Shown here piece by piece: positions 54,240 through 64,000 of a stretch of DNA of 64,000 bases; position 1 is the first letter of the stretch, and every line of letters starts with the position of its first letter. Source of the stretch: Candidatus Poribacteria bacterium (GTDB lineage: Bacteria > Poribacteria > WGA-4E > WGA-3G); the NCBI GenBank assembly GCA_022827185.1, contig JAJDTM010000046.1:68644-132643 (forward strand). The letters run 5' to 3'. Made by a program: the position numbers and the translations under genes. The notes beneath the pieces are model-generated. The model was not told the DNA's origin. It did no database searches and worked only from the letters and a program-made list of their open reading frames with translations.

Positions 54240-57200
54240 CTATTCTTCTGCAAGCGCGATGTGAAATATCCCGCGATCTTTGATAGAACTATAGAGTTTA
54301 TCGTTAATAACGACGAGGGAAACGACTTCACCCAGAACTTCTGAAGAGATTCGCTCCCATCGACTCTTGGTATCCAAGCGATAGATTCCAATATCGCCAG
54401 CCCCATAAACTGTGGGACCATCCACAGCAAATCTGTCTATGATAGGAGGCGTACCGACACTATCGGTTAGCACGCGCCAGTGTGCGCCGGTTTCTGAACT
54501 CAAGACCCCTTCGTCTGTTGCGACATAAACTGTTGTATCTGCAAAGGTTATCTCGTTGAAACGGGTAAAGTGAAGCGGTAGACTGGGTGTAACATCTCTC
54601 CAGCTGCTTCCTCCATCAAACGACTGAAACAGTTTACCATCGCGTTTGCCGACATAGATGGTTTCGCCTGAAACCGCTAATTTGAGATCTTGGCTGTCAT
54701 CGTCATAAGACGCTTGGCTCATGTCTGTTAATCCTGTGCTTGTCCATTCCAGATCACCAAGTCTCCTCTTAAAAAGCCTACGTCCGTATTCAGCATAGAA
54801 CACATCGTCACAGACTACGACTGTTGTGCCTTTCACGTCACAGGCTACGACTGTTGTAGCTTCCTCGTCCTTTCCAAGGACAGGAGGTGGAATGATTGAT
54901 ACAATTGATTGATGCTCTTTTTCAGAACCGTCAGATAAGTAGGGCTCTTTCGCTTCATTGCTACCTGTCGGTAACTGATGGAGTGATGCTTCATCAAAAG
55001 TGGGTATGCTTTGAACTGGAGCGAGTATATTCCGGTCTGTAGATAAGCCGAAAATTTGCAAGCTGTTTTGCAAGTTGTCATCTATATCTACATGTGAAAG
55101 AAGATAAAGATTGTTGTCATCAGTTATCAATTTTGAGTTAAAGAAGTGAGAGATATGAGCACTGTCCGGTTTTGATTCTTCATTTGTAATTGTAGACACC
55201 TTCCCTAAAGACCCCTCGGCAATTGAGAGTTTTTTCCAAGACACACCTTCGTCAGTTGATTGATACACCGCATAACCATTATGCGCGTATAACCTGTCGT
55301 TGAACGCAACCAAATTCTCCAATCTTGTTCCCACCATTCCATCTATAAGTAATTGCCACGATTTCCCGCCATCAGTCGTACGATGAATTCCAAAGAGACC
55401 AACTTTGTAGAACGTCATCTCGTTTACTGCTACAGATGGAAGACTATTGGTCATGAACAGCTCCGAATCCCCCAAAAGTTCTGTCCAAGTTTTTCCGTTA
55501 TCTGTTGAGCGATGGCGTTGGTCGCCAGTTGACGCTAAAAGCACTTCACCAACAGCCAAAATCTTCATACCAGATGGTATGTATCGATCGTAAGATTTAT
55601 AACTGGGTGTTATTTCCGTCCATGATGTTCCCAAGTTAGCCGAATGGAAAATTTTGAGAACATGCGACTCATTTCTTGGCACTTCTTGTTCTACCTCGAT
55701 TGGCGTGAGTCCCAACAGATTGGGACCTGTTCCAACATAAAGATTATTCTCAGACGCTGCCAAGGCGTAGATGGCTCTGGATGTTTCCACCGGCAACTTT
55801 TTCCAAGTGCCTGAATCGAGACGATAGAGACCGCGTGCTGTGCCAGCAAACACTGTTTTTTCGACAGTAGCGACTGTGGAAATCGTTTTGTTTGCTAATC
55901 CGTCATTAAATAGGTGCCATTGTGTCCCACTGTCTGTAGATCGATAAATTCCTTCATCTCTGAGGGCAAGATACATCGTAGAACGGGCGTGTGTTGTTTC
56001 ATCCGTGATGATGAGACCAACAGCGTGTCCCTTGGGTCTGTGACCAATCGTCCGCCACGTTTCGCCGCTATCACCTGAAGCAAATATTTCATCAGTGGAT
56101 ACTATGTAAAGCGTACCACCATACTCTGCCATTGGCATTAGCGATTCACCGATTGGAATATCTGTGTTGATGCGTGTCCACACCGTCGCATCTGTTCCTA
56201 ATTTGTGTATTCCTGCCGGAGCAACAGCATAGACGGTCCCTTCAGATGTAGCGAAAATATCGCGGACGTGCCCACCTGGTGGTGCGCTGCCCTGCGTCCA
56301 CTGCGAAGTAGAAAATTTGGCGGAATCCTCCAATGTAGCAGATGTTGTGGTAGTTGTAGAGACTTGTGTGCTAGTTCCGCTGCTTTTACCTACGGAAGCA
56401 GCCCGACCCGCTTGATTTCGCACAGCTGGTTTCACCGCAATATCGAGAATGATAGGTGTGTCAATGATCTCAATGGTAGGTTCGGATTGTGCTTCAAAAC
56501 TGTACGGCTTCTGAAAACGCGCAAGGTACGCGTTGCTCACACCGAGCAGCAGTATAACCAAAACAGCGGCAGTTCCAAAAGCCGCCCACGGTAGCAAAGG
56601 TTTGCCAACCGGAGGCGATATCGGTTTGATATTAGCCACTTCCTGCATAATGCGCTCAGTTACTTGGGCGGGGAATGGGATGCTCCCAAGTGTTTCGCTG
56701 ACCAATAGTTCTTCCTGCCGTTCCTGTAAACGCTCGCGTCCGCGGTGAAGTCGACTTTTAACTGTGTTGACTGACACACCTAAGAATTTCCCAATTTCCT
56801 TCGCCGTCATTTCTCCGAGATAAAAGAGTGTCACCACCGTGCGTTCGCTCTCCGGCAGCTTTGCCAAAAGTTTTTTGACGAGTTCATGGCGATTCTCAGT
56901 GATCTCTGTCTGCCGTTGTTCAGATAGGTGACGCGTATAAGAGAGTTTCTCAATTTCTTCTATAGGTGTGGCTTCCAGTGATTGCCTCACGATTTTATTT
57001 TTTTGAAGCCATTTACTGCAAAGTCGATCGGCAATTACATAAATCCATCCTGCAAACTGGTTCGGATTTTTTAGCTGAGCGAGGTTCTTGTATACTGAAA
57101 GGAAAGTGTCTTGCGTAATCTCTTCAGCAATGTGAAAATCGCCCACTTTTCGCCACGCCAGCGCGTGAATACTCTTTTGGTGTTTTTGGACTAAAACACT

Positions 57201-57263
57201 GAATGCTTCATCGTTACCTGATAAAATTCTACGAATCAATTGAACATCGTTTTCTCGTTCCAT
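54240..57263 (-). CDS. ECF (group 4) sigma-70 factor fused via a single TM helix to a large extracytoplasmic BNR/Asp-box (Sortilin/Ycf48-like) beta-propeller domain
   Basis: Sigma region 2 is ...DFHIAEEITQDTFLSVYKNL... and region 4 is ...LFYLGEMTAKEIGKFLGVSVNTVKSRLHRGR... The hydrophobic segment is LLPWAAFGTAAVLVILLLGV. More than eight S/T-x-D-x-G-x-T/S-W BNR motifs follow (STDSGTQW, STDNGKTW, TTDGGKSW, STDEGVSW, SFDGGSSW...). Confidence 0.75.
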   Translation of the reverse strand: MERENDVQLIRRILSGNDEAFSVLVQKHQKSIHALAWRKVGDFHIAEEITQDTFLSVYKNLAQLKNPNQFAGWIYVIADRLCSKWLQKNKIVRQSLEATPIEEIEKLSYTRHLSEQRQTEITENRHELVKKLLAKLPESERTVVTLFYLGEMTAKEIGKFLGVSVNTVKSRLHRGRERLQERQEELLVSETLGSIPFPAQVTERIMQEVANIKPISPPVGKPLLPWAAFGTAAVLVILLLGVSNAYLARFQKPYSFEAQSEPTIEIIDTPIILDIAVKPAVRNQAGRAASVGKSSGTSTQVSTTTTTSATLEDSAKFSTSQWTQGSAPPGGHVRDIFATSEGTVYAVAPAGIHKLGTDATVWTRINTDIPIGESLMPMAEYGGTLYIVSTDEIFASGDSGETWRTIGHRPKGHAVGLIITDETTHARSTMYLALRDEGIYRSTDSGTQWHLFNDGLANKTISTVATVEKTVFAGTARGLYRLDSGTWKKLPVETSRAIYALAASENNLYVGTGPNLLGLTPIEVEQEVPRNESHVLKIFHSANLGTSWTEITPSYKSYDRYIPSGMKILAVGEVLLASTGDQRHRSTDNGKTWTELLGDSELFMTNSLPSVAVNEMTFYKVGLFGIHRTTDGGKSWQLLIDGMVGTRLENLVAFNDRLYAHNGYAVYQSTDEGVSWKKLSIAEGSLGKVSTITNEESKPDSAHISHFFNSKLITDDNNLYLLSHVDIDDNLQNSLQIFGLSTDRNILAPVQSIPTFDEASLHQLPTGSNEAKEPYLSDGSEKEHQSIVSIIPPPVLGKDEEATTVVACDVKGTTVVVCDDVFYAEYGRRLFKRRLGDLEWTSTGLTDMSQASYDDDSQDLKLAVSGETIYVGKRDGKLFQSFDGGSSWRDVTPSLPLHFTRFNEITFADTTVYVATDEGVLSSETGAHWRVLTDSVGTPPIIDRFAVDGPTVYGAGDIGIYRLDTKSRWERISSEVLGEVVSLVVINDKLYSSIKDRGIFHIALAEE

Positions 57264-57471
57264 CAGAATACTCCGTGATTATGATCCGCCGAGTTTGGAT
57301 AGACACAGCGGTAGATAGACAAGTTCTCTCAATATCAAGGCACTTTCCTATTGGAAAGTATACCAAACACAACAGTAAAATGAAACCCATAAATTTGAAA
57401 CATTATTTGGGCTGTCTATAATTATTAAAGATACGATTTTGAGGCGGAAAGGGTGCATAATCTGAAAAATA

Positions 57472-57559
57472 GGACTTACGCAATTTTCCTACGAATAGCG
57501 ATTATCATGCGCCGCTGGCAAGGTTTGAAACCTCGCCAGCGATGAAGCTGCGTAAGTCC
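57472..57559. repeat. Family-B element, full copy
   Basis: GGACTTACGCAATTTTCC...GCTGGCAAGGTTTGAAACCTCGCCAGCGATGAAGCTGCGTAAGTCC. Confidence 0.65.
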
Positions 57560-57561
57560 CG

Positions 57562-58290
57562 CTAATTTGGCGGCATCGGCTCTTTGAGGTGTTCTAAAGC
57601 CGCTTGTGCGCTCACAATCTGTTTCCTTGCGTGTTCAAAGTTTTTCTTACTGTATTCGATCTGCACTTTGGCGCGTTCGACTTGTTCCTTACTGCGTTCA
57701 ATGGTGCGTTCAATTTCCACTTTGGTGCCTTCAATCTCCGCTTTGGTGCCTTCAATGTCTACCAGCATGTTGATGTAAGCCGCTTTATAGGTTTCCCAGT
57801 CATCCGTCGGTGGAATATCAAGAACGCCTGACTGCCACAGATTCGGATTGTCTTCCAGCAATGCCAAAGCATGCCGTTGTGACAGATTGGACACATACTC
57901 GTAGAGGGTTCCTATGATGATGCCTCTGTCCAAAAGCAGCTGAAGCCACTCCGCCCGTGGATACCTTGCATCTATCTCACTTATTGTAAGGTTACTGCTA
58001 TAACTTTCAGTTTCTGTCCCGTTGCCCTTGCGCGATAGGCGGACTTCGGTTTTTGCGTGTCCCTTATTGTAATCCGCATCTAAAGCTTTCATCAGTTCCT
58101 TGGCATCTTGGGGACCGGTGTATTTCTTGTCGCTGGGCGGTGCTTTCTCGTTGAATTCAATGCTTACACGGAACCGCATACTCGGTGATATAATTTCAAG
58201 TTCAGTGGTTGTCATTGAAGATGTCCCGGATACCGAATGTACACAGAACCGCATTTCAAGAGCGTTTGCACTGTGAGAAGTCCTTTTCAT
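57562..58290 (-). CDS. Hypothetical protein with C-terminal coiled-coil heptad repeats
   Basis: 242 aa with repeated EGTKAEIEGTKVEIERTIERSKEQVERAKVQIE. No recognisable domain. Confidence 0.4.
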   Translation of the reverse strand: MKRTSHSANALEMRFCVHSVSGTSSMTTTELEIISPSMRFRVSIEFNEKAPPSDKKYTGPQDAKELMKALDADYNKGHAKTEVRLSRKGNGTETESYSSNLTISEIDARYPRAEWLQLLLDRGIIIGTLYEYVSNLSQRHALALLEDNPNLWQSGVLDIPPTDDWETYKAAYINMLVDIEGTKAEIEGTKVEIERTIERSKEQVERAKVQIEYSKKNFEHARKQIVSAQAALEHLKEPMPPN

Positions 58291-58439
58291 TTTCTTTCTC
58301 CTTCAGAGGCGTTATGTTGCCTCGTGTTTGAAGTTTAACCTTTGAACAATATTCGCCAAAAAAAGGCGAGGTATTTGCGTAACTCAATGAACGTTGCTGA
58401 TAATTCGGCGCTCATTAGTATGTCGTGTCGTACTTCGCG

Positions 58440-59855
58440 TCAAATATCTGACCGGAAGAATTTCAGAAACGCCAAAGTCGTCAACACCACCGCAAAGAAG
58501 CATAGGAAGAGCACATCCACCAGTGAGTGCCTTAACGTTTCATCTAAAGAAGGGACTGCTATAGGCGGTGGCTGCGCAATTGTGTCGAGATCATCCGGAT
58601 GGTAACTTCTTACGGAAGCGTGATCTACTATTTTACTGAACAGATCCGCGTGAAGTGCGCCATAATAACGATCCGCTGCTTCAAAGTAGTTGTGTTTCTT
58701 AACCTTTCCGGTCTGTGTCAAGTTCGTGGTGAGATAAATTAGGGAAGCGGTCGGTGTGATTCGTGAGAGGGTCTCGCCGACCTTTTCCTGTCGCGCTTTC
58801 TCGCGCTGATAGTTCCGATCTATCTGGTCGGTGCGATCCGCGAATTTCTGCTTATATGTGCCTTCAAGCGGTTGCACCAGTTTATCGAACTCCGCTCCTA
58901 CTGCAAACATCTGTTCATAGGAAGCTTTCGGACGATCTTTCCAGAATTCTTGGTGTATCTCCTTTTTTCTTTCTTCAAGTTCAGCATTGAAATTCTCGCG
59001 GAGTGCGGTCTTTTCGAGATAAACGCTCTGCGAGGTTTTTGTGGGTACGATTAATTTCGCCGCGACAAACCCGATGCGTGGCACAATCAGCACAGCGAAT
59101 ACCCAGACAGTGAAGGCGACGATGAGTGCTGTTTTAGCGTTATCTAAATAGGTGGAAATCACCGTGCCAATGGCGAAAAATACGCCGATGTAGAGCAGCG
59201 CGGCGAGCATCAGACTCATGACGCGTGGGAAAACCTCTGGCTCACCGAGGGGAAACCCTTGCCAGACGATGACGAGTAAACCGAAGAGAAACGCTACCAA
59301 AAACGGCACCACGAACACGATGTATCCGCCAATGAGTTTGCTCCATAAAAAGAGGTCGCGTGGGAGGGCGTTCGCTAAATTAATCCGCAACGTGCCGGCT
59401 TCTCTTTCCCCAGCAACTGCATCGAAGGTAAACAACAGCGCAAGCAAACTGAAGACGGTGCCGACGACAAACAGAAAATCGAGATGCCCTAAAAGGTGGG
59501 CAATAGAGTCGGAAACGGTCGCCGGTGGCCCTTGGGTAATCCCATTACGCGTCATCCCAAGATAACTTGGCAGTGCGTCCCCCAATCCATTTGCGAAAAC
59601 GCTCAAGGGTGTCGGTTTGAAGAAGAGTTTAGAGACTTCCAGCTCCGGTTCCAGTTCCATACTCGGATTTATGATCTTTTCTTCGACGTTTGACAGTTTA
59701 ATGGATTCTTGGTAATCCAAAAGGTTTTTACGATAGTTTTGATGATTGATAGAGAGGGTTAACGGAACAAGCAATAGACACATCAAAAGGAGCATAACGA
59801 ACCGGACGCTCAGAATATGATGCATCATCTCTTTTTGAATTAACGTCATTAACAT
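58440..59855 (-). CDS. ABC-2 family transporter permease-like membrane protein
   Basis: Multiple TM helices and the ABC-2 hallmark DAVAGEREAGTL after TM1, with a long soluble insertion. No cognate ATPase is adjacent. Confidence 0.5.
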   Translation of the reverse strand: MLMTLIQKEMMHHILSVRFVMLLLMCLLLVPLTLSINHQNYRKNLLDYQESIKLSNVEEKIINPSMELEPELEVSKLFFKPTPLSVFANGLGDALPSYLGMTRNGITQGPPATVSDSIAHLLGHLDFLFVVGTVFSLLALLFTFDAVAGEREAGTLRINLANALPRDLFLWSKLIGGYIVFVVPFLVAFLFGLLVIVWQGFPLGEPEVFPRVMSLMLAALLYIGVFFAIGTVISTYLDNAKTALIVAFTVWVFAVLIVPRIGFVAAKLIVPTKTSQSVYLEKTALRENFNAELEERKKEIHQEFWKDRPKASYEQMFAVGAEFDKLVQPLEGTYKQKFADRTDQIDRNYQREKARQEKVGETLSRITPTASLIYLTTNLTQTGKVKKHNYFEAADRYYGALHADLFSKIVDHASVRSYHPDDLDTIAQPPPIAVPSLDETLRHSLVDVLFLCFFAVVLTTLAFLKFFRSDI

Positions 59856-59945
59856 GTTGAATTCTCCTTATAGTTGCTCTTTCATTAGTCCTGTATAATT
59901 ATTAATGATCCGATTTGAAAGTGGAAAGGGTGCATAAAGTGAAAA

Positions 59946-60070
59946 ATTTGGGGCATGGAGAAGGAGGGGATTGTTCCTGATAACAGTATTGTCGATTATG
60001 TGGGAGATTATTCATCGACTTTCATTGGTTTTGGCACTTTCCAGAAGACGATACCTTGTTATAGGACGAT
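59946..60070 (+). pseudogene. Remnant of the 3' end of a ThuA-like gene (duplicate of 53995-54120)
   Basis: GGGCATGGAGAAGGAGGGGATTGTTCCTGATAACAGTATTGTCGATTATGTGGGAGATTATTCATCGACTTTCATTGGTTTTGGCACTTTCCAGAAG parallels ...GGAATGGAGGACGCAATTCCTGATAAGAGTGTTGTCGATTATGTCGGCGATTATGAACCGACGTTCTTCGGTTTCGGCACTTTTACAAAAGG. The reading frame is broken. Confidence 0.5.
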
Positions 60071-60188
60071 CTTTCGTGAGATATTAAATTATGAAGGGCG
60101 GATTTCGCATCCGCCCTATGCTATTGTCAGATAAACCTGAGGTTCGTACCAACCAAAGATGGAGTTTGTTTCTCCAACGTGGTGTTGC

Positions 60189-63182
60189 CTATTCTTCTTC
60201 AAGCGCGATATGAAATATTCCGCGATCTTCTATAGCACTATAGAGTTTATCGTTAATGACGGCGAGTGCAACAGTTTCGCCGAGTGCTTCTGAAGACATT
60301 TTTTTCCATTGATTACCGGTATCCAAGCGGTAGGCTCCGGTATCGCTAACACCATAGATTGTGGGACCATCCACAGCAAATCTGTCTATGATAGGACGCG
60401 TACCCGCATTATCGGTTAGCACGCGCCAGTGTACACCGGTTTCTGAACTCAAGACCCCTTCGTCTGTTGCGACATAAACTGTTGAATCTGCAAAGGTTAT
60501 CTCGTTGAAACGGGTAAAGTGAAGCGGTAGACTTGGCGTAACGTCTCTCCAGCTGCTCCCGCCATCAAGCGACTGAAACAGTTTACCATCGCGTTTCCCG
60601 ACATAGACGGTTTCTTCCAAAGCCGCTAATTTGAGTTCCATCCTGAGGTCTTCATAAGACCGTTGGTCCCTGTCCGTTAATCCTGTGTTTGTCCATTTCG
60701 GATCACCAAGTCTCCACTTAAAAAGCCTACGTCCCTGCTCAGCATAGAACACATCGTTACAGACTGCGACCATTCTGGCTTTCGCGTCCTTCTCACGTAT
60801 AGGCGGTGGAACGATTGGGACGACTGCGTGATGCGCTTTTTCGGGGCCCTCAGATAAGTGCGTCTCTTTCGCTGTCTCGCTACTTGTCTCTAACTTACGG
60901 AACAGTGCTTCATCATCAGAAGGGGGTATGCTTTGAACGGGACTGCGTATATCGACCTCTGTGGATAAACGGGCAATTTGCAAGTTGTCATCTTTAGGTG
61001 AAACAAAATAAAGATTGTTGTTATCAACTGCCAATTTTGAATGAAAAGAGGTGTAGACGCGAGCCTTGTCCGGCTTTGATGATTCAGTTGCAGTCGCCTT
61101 CATGAAAGATAGTTCGGCACTTGAGAGGTTTTTCCAAGACACACCTTCGTCAGTTGATTGATAGAGCGCGAAGCCAGTATGCGCGTATAATCTGTTGTTG
61201 AAGGCAACCAAATCCTGTAGCCTTGTTCCCACCATTCCATCTATAAGTAGGTGCCCCGACTCCCCACCATCAGTTGTGCGGAAAACACCGAAGGGGCCCG
61301 CTTTGTAAAATGTATTCTCATTCACCACCACGGCTGGCAGCCTATTCACCATGAGCATATCCGTATCTCCTATCATTTCTGTCCAAGTTTGTCCGTTATC
61401 TGTTGAACGATATCGGTGCTCGGCAGTCGAAGCTAAGAGGATGTCACGTCCAGCCGAAATCATCATGCCAGCGGGTACCACTCGATCATAGGCTTTATAA
61501 TTGGGTGTTATTTCAGTCCACGACGCGCCGAAGTCAGCCGAGTGGAAGATCTTGACCGCATACGCCTCAATTTTTGGTACTTCTCGTTCTGTTCCTATTG
61601 GCGTGAATCCCAACAGCTCCGGCCCTGTCCCAATGTAGAGGTTATTCTCAAACACCGCCAAGGCGTAGATGGCTCTTGATGTCTCCACCGGCAGCTTTTT
61701 CCAGGTGTCTGAATTGAGGTGATAGAGACCGCGCGCTGTACCCGCAAACACTGTTTTTCCAACAGCAGCGACTATAGAAATCTCTTTACTTGCTAATCCG
61801 TCGTTAAATGCGTCCCAATGTATTCCACCGTCTGTAGATCGATAAATTCCTTCATCTCTGAGGGCAAGATACATCGTCCGATGTGCTTGTGCGTAAGAGC
61901 GAGGTGCCCTCGCCGCTACTTCTTCATCCGTGATGATGAGACCGACAGCATCTCCCTTTGGTCTGGTACCGATTGTCCGCCATGTTTCACCCCTATCGCC
62001 CGACGTAAATATTTCATCGGTGGATACTATGTAAAGGGTGCCACTATGTTCTGCCATCGGCATTAGCGATTTACCAATTGGAATATCCGTGTTGATGCGT
62101 GTCCACGTGGTCGTATCTGTTCCTAATCTGTATATGCCTGTCGGAGCAATAGCATAGAGAGTCCCTTCAGATGTAGCGAAGATATCGCGGACGTGTCCAC
62201 CTGGTGGTGCGCCTCCCAGCGTCCACCGCCCGGTAGAAAATTTGGCAGGGTCCTCCACCGATGCTGTTGTAGTTGTAGCGACTTGTGTGCCGGTGCCGCT
62301 GCTTTTACCGGCGGTAGCAGCCTGTCCAACTCGGTTTCGTACTGCTGGTTTTGCCGTAGTATTGAGAATGATGGGTGTGTCAATGATTTCAATAGTCCGT
62401 TCAGATTGTGCTTCAAAACTGTACGGCTTCTGAAAACGGACAAGATATTGAGCGATCGCACCGAACAGCAATATGACCAAAACGGTAGCAGTTCCAAGAG
62501 CCACCCACGGTAGCAAAGGTTTGCCAACCGGAGGCGCGGTCGGGTTAATGTCAGCGACTTGCCGCATGATACGTTCGGTTACTTGGGCAGGGAATGGGAT
62601 ATTCCCGAGTGTTTCGCGTACTAACGGTTCTACCTGCTGTTCCTGTAAACGCTTGCGTCCCCTGCGAAGTCGGCTTTTAATCGTATTTACTGACACACCT
62701 AAAAATTTTCCGATCTCCTTCGCTGTCATTTCTCCGAGGTAGTGGAGGGACACTACCGTGCGTTCACTCTCAGGCAGTTTTGATAGCAGTTTTTTGACGA
62801 GTTCATGCCGATCCTCGGCGACCTCTGCCTGCCGTTGGTCTGCTACGTGATGCGTATAAGAGGATTTCTCGATTTCTTCCATAGGTGTGTCTTCCAATGA
62901 TTGCGTCGTGAATTTATTTTTTTGAAGCCACTTTAGACAGAACCGATTGGCAATTACATAAACCCAACCCGAAAACTGGTTCGGATTTTTCAGCTGCGCG
63001 AGGTTCTTGTATACCGAGAGGAAAGTGTCTTGTGTAATCTCTTCAGCGATGTGAAAATCGCCGACTTTCCGCCACACCAGCGCGTGAATACCCTTTTGGT
63101 GCCTACGGACTAAAACACTAAATGCCTCATCGTTGCCTGATAAAATTCTGCGAATCAGTTGAACATCGTTTTCTTTTTCCAT
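60189..63182 (-). CDS. ECF sigma factor-TM-BNR beta-propeller fusion (paralog of 54240..57263)
   Basis: 997 aa, ~85% identical to the first copy, with the same domain order and BNR motifs. Confidence 0.75.
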   Translation of the reverse strand: MEKENDVQLIRRILSGNDEAFSVLVRRHQKGIHALVWRKVGDFHIAEEITQDTFLSVYKNLAQLKNPNQFSGWVYVIANRFCLKWLQKNKFTTQSLEDTPMEEIEKSSYTHHVADQRQAEVAEDRHELVKKLLSKLPESERTVVSLHYLGEMTAKEIGKFLGVSVNTIKSRLRRGRKRLQEQQVEPLVRETLGNIPFPAQVTERIMRQVADINPTAPPVGKPLLPWVALGTATVLVILLFGAIAQYLVRFQKPYSFEAQSERTIEIIDTPIILNTTAKPAVRNRVGQAATAGKSSGTGTQVATTTTASVEDPAKFSTGRWTLGGAPPGGHVRDIFATSEGTLYAIAPTGIYRLGTDTTTWTRINTDIPIGKSLMPMAEHSGTLYIVSTDEIFTSGDRGETWRTIGTRPKGDAVGLIITDEEVAARAPRSYAQAHRTMYLALRDEGIYRSTDGGIHWDAFNDGLASKEISIVAAVGKTVFAGTARGLYHLNSDTWKKLPVETSRAIYALAVFENNLYIGTGPELLGFTPIGTEREVPKIEAYAVKIFHSADFGASWTEITPNYKAYDRVVPAGMMISAGRDILLASTAEHRYRSTDNGQTWTEMIGDTDMLMVNRLPAVVVNENTFYKAGPFGVFRTTDGGESGHLLIDGMVGTRLQDLVAFNNRLYAHTGFALYQSTDEGVSWKNLSSAELSFMKATATESSKPDKARVYTSFHSKLAVDNNNLYFVSPKDDNLQIARLSTEVDIRSPVQSIPPSDDEALFRKLETSSETAKETHLSEGPEKAHHAVVPIVPPPIREKDAKARMVAVCNDVFYAEQGRRLFKWRLGDPKWTNTGLTDRDQRSYEDLRMELKLAALEETVYVGKRDGKLFQSLDGGSSWRDVTPSLPLHFTRFNEITFADSTVYVATDEGVLSSETGVHWRVLTDNAGTRPIIDRFAVDGPTIYGVSDTGAYRLDTGNQWKKMSSEALGETVALAVINDKLYSAIEDRGIFHIALEEE

Positions 63183-63296
63183 CAGAATGCTCCATGATTA
63201 TACAGTAGTAAGTAGACGAATTCTCTCAATATCAAGTCACTTTCCTACCGGAAAGTATACCAAACACAACAGTAAAATGAAACCTTTAATATACCC

Positions 63297-64000
63297 TTAA
63301 AACTGCTTCAAGTTTCCCCAAGTGGTTGCAAGTTTTGTTCTCGGTGTTACAGATTTTGGAATATCGTCCCCGGTGGTGATGCTAAAGTTATCAAAAAGCA
63401 CGGAGTAATTTGAGACCCCGAAACCGACTTTACCCTTCGGATAGTCAGGAAACTCGACCTCCACGTGTTCAAATTTTTTCGCTTCTAAAATTACGGGTCC
63501 GAGAACTTGCTTGCCATTAATCCAAAAAGTCAAGTGTTTTCCATGAACGCTCAACTTCAGGTGAGACCATTTTTTGACGCTTAAGGAGCGATAAGGTTTC
63601 GTTTCATAGTCCAGAACAGCATTTCCATTCGGCAAGCGACGCCCAGAACAACGAGCCATGGATTTAGGTTCGGGTACCGGCATGTCTCCAATTGTACAGA
63701 GGACTCCCCATGTCTGATCTTTTTTGGTCTGATGAATCCGCGATGCAATCACAATATGGGCAGGTCCATGTTTTCGGAGCGGTTTAACGTCAACTTCAAT
63801 ATCGTAATCTTGCCACTCTTCATCCCCGATCACAAATAAACGCGTCACACGATCAGCACCAATTACTAAAGACTCGAGTTGACCGCCAGCAATTTTCCAA
63901 GAATGGACACCGGGAGGTCCATGAAATATTGTCAGTTCCTGCCACTGTTTTATAATATCTCTATCATCAAAAGTTTCCAGAAACACCTCTGCCCCTGCGG
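63297..64000 (-). CDS. DUF1080 (3-keto-disaccharide hydrolase / laminin-G-like) family protein; 5' end runs off the window
   Basis: ...HSWKIAGGQLESL... and ...HLKLSVHGKHLTFWINGKQVLG... match the DUF1080 pattern. The reading frame is open to position 64000. Confidence 0.5.
   Translation of the reverse strand, partial: AGAEVFLETFDDRDIIKQWQELTIFHGPPGVHSWKIAGGQLESLVIGADRVTRLFVIGDEEWQDYDIEVDVKPLRKHGPAHIVIASRIHQTKKDQTWGVLCTIGDMPVPEPKSMARCSGRRLPNGNAVLDYETKPYRSLSVKKWSHLKLSVHGKHLTFWINGKQVLGPVILEAKKFEHVEVEFPDYPKGKVGFGVSNYSVLFDNFSITTGDDIPKSVTPRTKLATTWGNLKQF

Noticed and set aside
1-64000. rRNA, tRNA, tmRNA, integrase or transposase genes
   Set aside because: I could not recognise any cloverleaf-type tRNA, rRNA conserved blocks, or integrase or transposase catalytic motifs (DDE, tyrosine recombinase R..H..RH.Y) in any frame.

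Overview
This is a 64-kb window from a roughly 50% GC bacterial genome. Gene content (many secreted WD40, TPR, cohesin/dockerin and BNR repeat proteins, Por_Secre_tail-like C-terminal domains) is reminiscent of Planctomycetes- or Poribacteria-like lineages. No rRNA, tRNA or CRISPR array was recognised. The left ~37 kb is mostly housekeeping and accessory genes on the minus strand: ribE (partial), ribD, hemW, Zn-ADH, a HigBA-like TA pair, thrC-like, two paralogous secreted repeat proteins, tandem Ldh_2 oxidoreductases, four WD40 proteins, a TolB-like protein, and lysC flanked by three 2OG/PhyH-type dioxygenases. Three families of small palindromic MITE/REP-like elements are scattered through intergenic gaps: family A is a 35-bp CCCCCT/AGGGGG hairpin; family B is 88 bp with GGACTTACGCA termini and a covarying GGTTTnAAACC hairpin; family C is a CCGGT(A/G)(C/G)GGTT palindrome. 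An in-frame TGA sits at the catalytic-Cys position of a peroxiredoxin-like gene, which suggests a selenoprotein. The most unusual region is 38-53 kb, a plus-strand island encoding a PglX/Eco57I-like N6-adenine methyltransferase, an FRG-TPR protein, a TIR-TPR-TaqI_C(TRD-like) fusion translationally coupled to an SMC/RecF-like ABC ATPase, and two TPR-UPF0175(antitoxin) fusions each followed by a DUF3368 PIN toxin. I interpret this as a candidate undescribed defence system in which a TIR effector carries a DNA-specificity domain. The right end holds a ~3.2-kb segmental duplication carrying paralogous ECF-sigma-TM-BNR-propeller fusion proteins. Recent duplications are frequent throughout: an intragenic 855-bp duplication, tandem Ldh_2 genes, and 53-bp and ~100-bp intergenic tandem repeats.
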